A DNA stretch of 64,000 nucleotides. Source: an uncultured Bacteroidales bacterium (lineage in GTDB: Bacteria; Bacteroidota; Bacteroidia; Bacteroidales; Paludibacteraceae). Shown here one piece after another: positions 28,582 to 35,491 of this stretch. The stretch spans positions 95,695 to 159,694 of the forward strand of contig CADCEV010000002.1 of NCBI GenBank assembly GCA_902800525.1, given 5' to 3'. The position numbers and the translations under genes were made by a program. Numbering within the stretch: the stretch's first letter is position 1; every line of letters begins with the position of its first letter. The notes beneath the pieces were generated by a model. That model had not been told where the DNA came from and searched no databases. It saw only the letters and a list, made by a program, of their open reading frames with translations.

Positions 28582-29478
28582 TCAAAATAGTGCCAAAATT
28601 GCCACTAATAGCGTACTGAACATCAAAACCGGCATCTGTTTGTCCAACTTCTCGTCGTGTGTTCCGACGTAACGGATATGCCATGCCCAGATAGGAACGA
28701 CCGCTCCGACCCAGTAATGACCATATACCATAAAAATCACTAAACAACCCAACAGCAACAGAAAATGATAAACCCGAGCACCTTTCGGACCAAGCCAACT
28801 CGCAAACGTCCGTTTCCCGTGCTGAATATCATTCTGCATGTCGCGTATATTATTGAGATTCAGCACGCCCACACAGGGCATTCCTATCGCTGCACCGCAC
28901 CAGAATACCTCCCAATTCATCGTCTGAACTTGCAGGTAATAAGCACCCATCGTGCTCAGCAACCCGAAGAACAGAAACACGCCCAAATCGCCTAAACCCA
29001 TATACCCGTAACTATGCTTTCCCAGGGTATATTTGATAGCTCCGATAATAGCAAGGGCGCCTAATCCGAAGAATACAAGCGTGGAAGTAAGCGGCTCCCC
29101 TCCTTGCAGGGAGGGGGTGGGGGTAGGCTTCCAAAATGCACTGTAAATCAACGCAGTACCGAACACTATGCATAGCCCCAAAAATAGCCAAATCATGCCT
29201 TTCATTTGACCCTTTGTGATAGCCCCTGTCTGCAACCCGTAAGCCGCTCTTCCCTGTTGTGCCTCATCCGTCCCTTTTTCCGCATCCCCTAACTCATTGC
29301 ACAAGTTACTCAATATCTGCAAACTCAACGTCGTCAATATAGCCAAAACAAAAATCACTCCCTTCCCTTCAGGGAGGGGCTGGGGGTAGGCTCTCCACGC
29401 CAGCCCTGTTCCCAATATGATCCCCGCCACCGATAGCGGTAACGTCCTTGGCCGTAATGATTGTATATACGGATTCAT
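28582..29478 (-). CDS. menA: 1,4-dihydroxy-2-naphthoate polyprenyltransferase (UbiA superfamily)
   Basis: RPRTLPLS, NELGDAEKGTD and NNIRDMQNDIQHGKRT aspartate-rich motifs. Carries two in-frame palindromic-element insertions (see findings). Confidence 0.85.
   Translation of the reverse strand: MNPYIQSLRPRTLPLSVAGIILGTGLAWRAYPQPLPEGKGVIFVLAILTTLSLQILSNLCNELGDAEKGTDEAQQGRAAYGLQTGAITKGQMKGMIWLFLGLCIVFGTALIYSAFWKPTPTPSLQGGEPLTSTLVFFGLGALAIIGAIKYTLGKHSYGYMGLGDLGVFLFFGLLSTMGAYYLQVQTMNWEVFWCGAAIGMPCVGVLNLNNIRDMQNDIQHGKRTFASWLGPKGARVYHFLLLLGCLVIFMVYGHYWVGAVVPIWAWHIRYVGTHDEKLDKQMPVLMFSTLLVAILALF
29095..29127. repeat. 33-nt GC-rich palindromic element, in-frame inside menA
   Basis: CTCCCCTCCTTGCAGGGAGGGGGTGGGGGTAGG, translated as PTPTPSLQGGE. 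Confidence 0.85.
29358..29390. repeat. 33-nt GC-rich palindromic element, in-frame inside menA
   Basis: CTCCCTTCCCTTCAGGGAGGGGCTGGGGGTAGG, translated as YPQPLPEGKG. Confidence 0.85.
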
Positions 29479-29480
29479 CT

Positions 29481-29563
29481 CTTAACTCTCAACTTTCAAC
29501 TAAACTACTTTCAACTAGAAGACTTCTCTCAACTCTCAACTTTCAACTCTCAACTATCAATTT
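29481..29563. repeat. Composite TCTCAAC/TTTCAAC element, inverted copy of 700-770
   Basis: The reverse complement contains gttgagagaagtcttctagttgaaagtagtttagttgaaagt, about 39/42 identical to 721-762. It overlaps the last codons of the sirtuin gene. Confidence 0.9.
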
Positions 29564-30250
29564 CTCCACTAATTCCGGCACGCCTTCCGTCGCTTTCTTC
29601 CGGATATGCGTAATTCGGTTTGCCCACATTCCGAACTCCGGCTGTCCCGGATCCACAAAGTATATCGGGCAGTTCTCCGGCGCGTAATGAATCAAACTTG
29701 CCGCCGGATACACATTCAGACTTGTTCCTATTACCACCATGATATCCGCCTGACTCGCAATGCGGCAAGCCTCATCGAAATAGGGCACGCCTTCGCCGAA
29801 GAAAACGATATACGGCCGTAATAACGAACCGTCCGGATGCCTGTCCCCATAGTGTTGTTCCCAGCCTTCCAAGGGCACAGTTGCGGTCTCGTTGCGTTCC
29901 GAACGCAGTTTCGTGATCTCGCCGTGCAGATGTACCACATCCGTCGCACCGGCGCGTTCATGCAGATCGTCTATGTTCTGTGTGATAATACGCGTGCTCG
30001 GTATCGCTTTTTGCAACTTCGCGATGGCTATATGGGCGGCATTCGGCTGAGCCGCTAAAGTGTCCTTTCGCCGCGCGTTGTAGAAATCCACGCACAACTG
30101 CGGATTTCGTAACCATGCCTCATGGGTACACACATCCTCGATGCGGTATTTCTCCCATAATCCGTCTGAGTCCCTGAATGTACCCAAACCACTCTCTGCG
30201 CTCACTCCTGCGCCGGTAAATACAACAATTCGTTTCATAATATTGAACAA
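29543..30250 (-). CDS. cobB: NAD-dependent protein deacylase (Sir2 family)
   Basis: VVFTGAGVSAESGLGTFRDSDGLW, QNIDDLHERAG, LHG. An alternative ATG lies at 30238. The last codons run into a heptamer array. Confidence 0.88.
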   Translation of the reverse strand: MFNIMKRIVVFTGAGVSAESGLGTFRDSDGLWEKYRIEDVCTHEAWLRNPQLCVDFYNARRKDTLAAQPNAAHIAIAKLQKAIPSTRIITQNIDDLHERAGATDVVHLHGEITKLRSERNETATVPLEGWEQHYGDRHPDGSLLRPYIVFFGEGVPYFDEACRIASQADIMVVIGTSLNVYPAASLIHYAPENCPIYFVDPGQPEFGMWANRITHIRKKATEGVPELVEKLIVES

Positions 30251-30279
30251 TTTAACAGCTTAACAATTTAACGATTTAA
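30248..30279. repeat. CAATTTAA-type octamer array (4 units)
   Basis: caatttaa cagcttaa caatttaa cgatttaa, followed by the hairpin gtcgc-ttca-gcgac. Confidence 0.8.
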
Positions 30280-30293
30280 CGTCGCTTCAGCGA

Positions 30294-30665
30294 CTACTTA
30301 AACCCGAAGACAAAGTACACCGCCGCAATCAGCAGCAAACAAGCCACAAAATGGTTCCATCTCAGCGGCATGCCAAAAGCAATTGCGGAGAAAACCACAA
30401 ACACCACTAACGTGATAACCTCCTGAATAACTTTCAGTTGCATCAGCGTGAAAGGTCCTCCGTTTCCGTCAAAACCTATCCGGTTCGCCGGCACTTGCAG
30501 GCAGTACTCAAAAAACGCGATTCCCCAGGACAGGAGGATCACAAAAATCAGTGGTGTAGCATGAGTGAAGAACCCCATGTTCTGCAACTTCAAGTGCCCG
30601 TACCACGCTAACGTCATAAACACATTCGACGCCAATAACAATAATATAGTATATATCGCATTCAT
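30294..30665 (-). CDS. DMT-superfamily small membrane protein (DUF486-like)
   Basis: The ATG at 30665 (MNAIYTILLLLASNVFMTLAWYGHLK) is preferred over the track start at 30719. 4 TM helices. Confidence 0.7.
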   Translation of the reverse strand: MNAIYTILLLLASNVFMTLAWYGHLKLQNMGFFTHATPLIFVILLSWGIAFFEYCLQVPANRIGFDGNGGPFTLMQLKVIQEVITLVVFVVFSAIAFGMPLRWNHFVACLLLIAAVYFVFGFK

Positions 30666-30721
30666 TTTTTTATTTGTTTTATGCTCTTCGTCTATTTCGT
30701 CGGGATTGAATCCCGACATCT

Positions 30722-30753
30722 CTCCCCTTTAGGGGAGTTGGAGGGGTCTTACC
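30722..30753. repeat. Degenerate relative of the GC-rich palindromic element
   Basis: CTCCCCTTTAGGGGAGTTGGAGGGGTCTTACC. It supplies the last codons and the stop of the ttcA ORF. Confidence 0.5.
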
Positions 30754-31562
30754 AAGTACTCCTCCTTCACATTCCCCATAGCCCCGAACATCGTGTCCGC
30801 CGCCTCGGGGTTCAGCGCTTTTATCTCCGCCAACAGCCCTTTCACTTTCTCCCTCGAACTCACATGCTCGAACGGACACAGCGACACCTGTTTCTTGTAC
30901 TCCCGCATCGCCGCATATTCCTTTATATCCGCCTCGTCGATCAGACACAGCGGCCGGATGATCTGTAGCGGCATCTTCTCCAATTGCAGTTTCGGCGGCA
31001 TAGTGGCAAAAGCGCCCTGATAAATCAGGTTCATCAGCATCGTCTCTAATAAGTCGTCCCTGTGATGCCCGAAAGCAATCTTGTTGCACCCCATTTCCTG
31101 CGCCACATTGAACAACTCTTTCCGCCTGTACCAGCTGCATAAGAAACAAGGATTATTGATCTCCCGCGTCTTTTTGGATCCCTCCAATTGTGAATTGTGA
31201 ATTGTAAATTGTGCATTGTCAATGCTTACATCCCTCACCATCAGCGGAATCCCGGCCTCTTTGCAGAACTCTTCCAAGTACGTCAGATCACTCGTATAGT
31301 CCCGTTCTTTCACACGCACATGGAGCGCGCTCACGGTAAAATGAGGCTTGTATATGCGTGCGCGTTTTCCTAACAGTTCCGTCAGCAGCAAACTGTCTTT
31401 TCCGCCGCTCAGACCGATCAGTATATGGTCGCCGTCCTCTATCAATCCGTACTCCGCACACGCCTTATGAAACCGCTTCGTCAATTTTCCCCGCAGTTTC
31501 TCTTCCGCTTTCTTTTTCGCGTTCTCTTTCTCTTCCGCTATCTCTTCCGGGCTTTTTTCCAT
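30729..31562 (-). CDS. ttcA: tRNA 2-thiocytidine biosynthesis protein TtcA-like (PP-loop ATPase)
   Basis: PP-loop IGLSGGKDS, CFLCSW..RR cysteine motif, HHRDD. Contains an in-frame heptamer array, and its 3' end terminates in a palindromic element. Confidence 0.85.
   Translation of the reverse strand: MEKSPEEIAEEKENAKKKAEEKLRGKLTKRFHKACAEYGLIEDGDHILIGLSGGKDSLLLTELLGKRARIYKPHFTVSALHVRVKERDYTSDLTYLEEFCKEAGIPLMVRDVSIDNAQFTIHNSQLEGSKKTREINNPCFLCSWYRRKELFNVAQEMGCNKIAFGHHRDDLLETMLMNLIYQGAFATMPPKLQLEKMPLQIIRPLCLIDEADIKEYAAMREYKKQVSLCPFEHVSSREKVKGLLAEIKALNPEAADTMFGAMGNVKEEYLVRPLQLP
31186..31222. repeat. (A/C)ATTGTG-family heptamer array (5 units) inside ttcA
   Basis: caattgt gaattgt gaattgt aaattgt gcattgt, translated on the minus strand as DNAQFTIHNSQL. 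Confidence 0.9.
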
Positions 31563-31593
31563 TGTCTCTTCTGCTTATTTACTTAAAACGCTG

Positions 31594-31601
31594 CAAAATT
31601 A
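31594..31601 (-). promoter_or_regulatory. -7 box (TAATTTTG on the minus strand) for ttcA
   Basis: The minus strand reads TTGCGTATATCAAAAAAAAGCAGTAATTTTGCAG, about 30 nt upstream of the ATG at 31562. Confidence 0.5.
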
Positions 31602-31675
31602 CTGCTTTTTTTTGATATACGCAAAAAAACACAATTTTTTTTGTTAATTTACTTGCATATATTAAAAAAAAGTCG

Positions 31676-31698
31676 TACCTTTGCAGCGTCAAAAGGTA
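31676..31698 (+). promoter_or_regulatory. Palindromic promoter/operator TACCTTTG-CAGCGT-CAAAAGGTA upstream of the PIN TA pair
   Basis: The -7 box forms one arm of a hairpin-capable palindrome. Near-identical copies lie at 54433-54454 and 54690-54711. Confidence 0.55.
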
Positions 31699-31716
31699 AA
31701 ATGAAAGGTAAAAGTT

Positions 31717-31932
31717 ATGGCACAGGTTTTTTCTCCATACCAAATGCAAATTTTGGATAGCATCGCAGATGTGCATAGTGATCAGGAGTTGTGCGATATT
31801 CGTGATTTGATTGCTGAGTATTTCTCTAACAAAGCATTGGATAAGATGGATCAGTTGTGCTCAGAAGGCAAATTATCTACGCCAATGATTCAGTCTTGGT
31901 CTAAGGAGCATCTTCGTACAGCCTATATTTGA
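31717..31932 (+). CDS. Putative antitoxin of the PIN pair (71 aa)
   Basis: Small acidic ORF 8 nt upstream of the PIN gene. The assignment rests on position only. Confidence 0.5.
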   Translation: MAQVFSPYQMQILDSIADVHSDQELCDIRDLIAEYFSNKALDKMDQLCSEGKLSTPMIQSWSKEHLRTAYI

Positions 31933-31939
31933 TTAGGTT

Positions 31940-32356
31940 ATGATAAATATTGTCTTAGATACCAATTGTCTCCTTCCGTCCATTAAGAGAGATAGTGTTT
32001 ACTATCCTATCTGGCGGGATTTTATCGCCGGAAAGTATTGCTTGTGCTTTACGGATGAGATTTTGAATGAATACGAGGAGATTATCACGCAACGTACTGG
32101 TTCTGCAGAAGTCGCGCAGAATATTATTAGAGCTATACTGAACCGCACAAACACCAAACACGTCCGCGTACACTTTCGTTTCGAATTGATTCAATCCGAT
32201 CCCGATGACAATAAGTTTGTAGATTGTGCCATCAAGGCTGAAGCCAAATATATAGTCTCAGAGGATCATCATTACGATGTACTTAAAGACCTCAAATTTC
32301 CACCAGTTTGTGTAATTGGTATTGATGAGTTTTTACGTGAATTGGAAATGATGTAA
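31940..32356 (+). CDS. PIN-domain toxin (putative ribonuclease)
   Basis: N-terminal VLDTNCLL, internal acidic residues (DDNKFVDCA, SEDHH) typical of the PIN family. 138 aa. Confidence 0.75.
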   Translation: MINIVLDTNCLLPSIKRDSVYYPIWRDFIAGKYCLCFTDEILNEYEEIITQRTGSAEVAQNIIRAILNRTNTKHVRVHFRFELIQSDPDDNKFVDCAIKAEAKYIVSEDHHYDVLKDLKFPPVCVIGIDEFLRELEMM

Positions 32357-32436
32357 TAGTTTCCGTTCTCTCTCTCCTTCCCGCGTTCACGTGGTCTTCC
32401 CTTTTCCTCTATAAGTTCCGTCCATTTTGCCGGATA

Positions 32437-32829
32437 CTATCCGGCGTTTTCCTCTCTCCGTCTCCTTTTCCACACCAAATACCCGAGTGCCATCAGCATC
32501 AGCGGCAACACCGCATCGCCGATGGGCGTATCTTTGTCACCATCTGGATTAACTACTGGATTAACGTCCCTTCTTAGATGTCTGCCAGATTGTGGAATGG
32601 ATGTTTCTTCTCCGTACGATGCCACGCCATGCGCATTCAAAGCCGCCGGTGTCGCACTATAAGCACTGCCGCTGGATGCTAATGTGCTGGTGCTCCTGAA
32701 AGCCGGCTGGCTATAGGTCTGTTCGCCGAAAATAGGCTGTGAGCTACCGAATCCCTGTGCCTTAACTGGTAGCGCGAACATCGCTACCGACATGACTAAT
32801 ACTATTATTGTGCTCTTTTTCATCTTCAT
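32437..32829 (-). CDS. Small secreted protein with a C-terminal TM helix and a polybasic tail
   Basis: Signal peptide MKMKKSTIIVLVMSVAMFALPVKAQ, S/A/G-rich middle, C-terminus PIGDAVLPLMLMALGYLVWKRRRREENAG. Last gene of the leftward operon, 4 nt after the 877-aa gene. Confidence 0.6.
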   Translation of the reverse strand: MKMKKSTIIVLVMSVAMFALPVKAQGFGSSQPIFGEQTYSQPAFRSTSTLASSGSAYSATPAALNAHGVASYGEETSIPQSGRHLRRDVNPVVNPDGDKDTPIGDAVLPLMLMALGYLVWKRRRREENAG

Positions 32830-32833
32830 CTTT

Positions 32834-35467
32834 TTATTTTACTAAACTACCTTCTGCGCTGTATATCCGTCCGTCACGGATGATGTAAAGAATGCCGTCA
32901 ATCATCTGTTTACGCGCTTTGTTGCTTGTGTTCAACTCATCCATTCCTGTGGCAATAGAAGGTGAGTTGTAAGGCGTCTTGCTAATGATGAAACGTGCCT
33001 CTTCATCGTCAGGCGTACTGTAGAACGTATAACTGCTTGCATCTGTAATTGGTGTTGAAACCTGCTCTTTCATATCATTCAGGTAGTACGTCTGATCGCC
33101 CGTATATTGGAAAGTCAGCGTATATACATCATCTTCGCTGCCGGCTTTGAAACCAAGTAACTGTCCCTCTATTTCAGGTACGCTATTGATAGACATATTT
33201 CCATCCTCGGTGATAGCGTAGAATTTAGGTGCATAACCGGCACCGCCTATTTTGCGTCCGTCACAGCCGTTATCGTAACCGGATGTAAACTCTTGACCTA
33301 TGTATGTCATTACACGGTCGCCGTATCCGCTTTCACCGGTTACATCCATATGTAACTTAATAGAAGGTGTGCTATTTTCTGCCAACTGTCGTGGAGCGTG
33401 AAGTGGTTTGATCTTAACATCACTGGCTGCTGGCTCGTAAACTAATCTCTTATAATCCAGTGTCAGGGTGTGCGGATCATTTACTGCGCCTGTTATATGA
33501 ACCATTACCGCCTGCATCGAAGGGATGACAGTATAATCTCCAAAATCTTCCGGGTGTGCCTTTACAGTCACAATAGGCATATTTTGCCATTGTCCGGCTG
33601 ATGTGCCGCGTGCTCCCCCTGCGTTTTCTACTTGCGAAGCAGTTCCGGCATTGAAAATAAATAGTTCTGCATCCATTCCTACAAAGTCTGTTGTCTCCAT
33701 TTGAGTGACATCTATCGGAGCCGTCCAACTATTGGCAAACATCTCATCTGTCGCTATAGATGCCGATACATCTTCTGCTCTGCGGGTAAAGTTCACTACA
33801 TGGTCTTTATTGGTGGTTGTTCCCGGGAAGTTAAGTGTTCCGTCAAGCCAATAACTGCCTGCACTTGCATCCCTGCGAAGAATATTGTATGCATGGAAAG
33901 CACGCATTGGCGCGTAGCTGTAGATGTTTGTCCATGAGTTAGAGGATACGGTATATTCATACAAGTAAGTACCTGTTGCGGCATATGCGCCGGTGTTTGT
34001 GTTCTCAAAAGGAATACCGAAATATTGGTTAACCCAACCATGAGTGGCATCTTTGTATGCCTTGGTATAAAACTGAACCGTCGCTTGCGTATTATTACTC
34101 TCTTCGCCTGTTATTAACGCACCGGTACCGTTCTCGTCGGAGAGAATCACCAAATCGCTGCTGCTCGTTCCTCCGAAGGCTCCGTCGGCAAACTTACTGA
34201 TCTTACTATCCACAATAAGCGCCTGGTCAGCTCTGATAGTGAGCGAACCACTTCCCTTGAGCACCACCTCTTTCGCCCTGGCATCTGCTACATCAATCGT
34301 CATCGGCTCATTGATCACCACAATGTCATCCTCTGTCGGCGCAATCGCCAGACCGTCCCAACTGCCTCCTTCGCCTGCTGTTAAGGAAATAATGTTTGGC
34401 AGCGTAACCAAGGAAACTCCGGTTAAAGTACTTCCGTTGCGCCAATAAAGAATCATGGATTTGTTCTCTTTCTCCGAGAAATCCAACGTGTTAAATGTAA
34501 AGGTATATGTATTAGTAGTTTTTGGTGTTCCTATACTTACGGCGCCGGTAGTTGTACTACCCATTTTTGCGACTACTTTGTTGGCTGTGCCAATGTTTGC
34601 CACAACTTCTATATCTTTTTGTGTCCATTGGGTTACTTCCGCCTCTACCGGATCCACACAAGCAAACTTATAGTCGTTATATACCGGATTGGTGATGGTT
34701 AGATAATATGAGTTGGATGCCTCGCAATAATCGCCATTAGCTGCTATTGTTGCAGTGATCAATGCCTCACCTGTCCCTGTGAAACTCACCACACCTGTTG
34801 AGGGGTTAATTGAGAATCCCTCATCATCAGTTGTTAATTCATAACTTATTGTTCCGCTACCTGCGCTGGCAGTGGGCGTCTGGCTATAGGTTCCGGCAGC
34901 AACGGTTTGCGTTACATCCGAATTGGCAAAACTCAACGTCCGTGAACTACATGGAGCATTGGCTATAATCGTAAAAGGAATACTAAGTGTGCCCGTTACT
35001 TCCCATTCTGAGTCATAACATGTGATGTCCAAACTCCCTGAAAAGTTACCGGATGATGCTACTGTGTAGTAAAAATATATATTTGCATATGTGTTAGCAT
35101 CTGTTGAGTGATATATATAATATAAATTATTTTCTTTTGAATCTGCAGTGCTTGAATGAATAGAAACTTCTACATTGTCTGCAAAATCACCAGTTCCCTC
35201 AACGCTCCAATAAGTACTCCCATATAGAGCAGGAGATGTTATGTTGATAGTATAACTATCCGTCCATCCGCTCATCCATGCTTCTTCATCAAAATCTCCT
35301 TCAATAACAATCTCGCTAACAGGATTACCTCCTTTAGTCACGTTTACTGTCGTTCCCCACACGTTTCCATTCATCCCTACCAACATTAGGAACATGCAAA
35401 TATATTTGATAGACTGTTTCATACTTGTATTGAATAATGTATTGTTCATAACTTTTAAATTCTTCAT
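32834..35467 (-). CDS. Secreted cell-surface repeat protein, 877 aa
   Basis: Signal peptide ending NVWG. Ig-like N-terminal modules. Its C-terminal ~450-aa module is co-linear with the C-terminus of the 2735-aa protein and ends with the shared tag YIIRDGRIYSAEGSLVK. Confidence 0.8.
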   Translation of the reverse strand: MKNLKVMNNTLFNTSMKQSIKYICMFLMLVGMNGNVWGTTVNVTKGGNPVSEIVIEGDFDEEAWMSGWTDSYTINITSPALYGSTYWSVEGTGDFADNVEVSIHSSTADSKENNLYYIYHSTDANTYANIYFYYTVASSGNFSGSLDITCYDSEWEVTGTLSIPFTIIANAPCSSRTLSFANSDVTQTVAAGTYSQTPTASAGSGTISYELTTDDEGFSINPSTGVVSFTGTGEALITATIAANGDYCEASNSYYLTITNPVYNDYKFACVDPVEAEVTQWTQKDIEVVANIGTANKVVAKMGSTTTGAVSIGTPKTTNTYTFTFNTLDFSEKENKSMILYWRNGSTLTGVSLVTLPNIISLTAGEGGSWDGLAIAPTEDDIVVINEPMTIDVADARAKEVVLKGSGSLTIRADQALIVDSKISKFADGAFGGTSSSDLVILSDENGTGALITGEESNNTQATVQFYTKAYKDATHGWVNQYFGIPFENTNTGAYAATGTYLYEYTVSSNSWTNIYSYAPMRAFHAYNILRRDASAGSYWLDGTLNFPGTTTNKDHVVNFTRRAEDVSASIATDEMFANSWTAPIDVTQMETTDFVGMDAELFIFNAGTASQVENAGGARGTSAGQWQNMPIVTVKAHPEDFGDYTVIPSMQAVMVHITGAVNDPHTLTLDYKRLVYEPAASDVKIKPLHAPRQLAENSTPSIKLHMDVTGESGYGDRVMTYIGQEFTSGYDNGCDGRKIGGAGYAPKFYAITEDGNMSINSVPEIEGQLLGFKAGSEDDVYTLTFQYTGDQTYYLNDMKEQVSTPITDASSYTFYSTPDDEEARFIISKTPYNSPSIATGMDELNTSNKARKQMIDGILYIIRDGRIYSAEGSLVK

Positions 35468-35491
35468 TGTTTATTATTCATTATTCATGTA

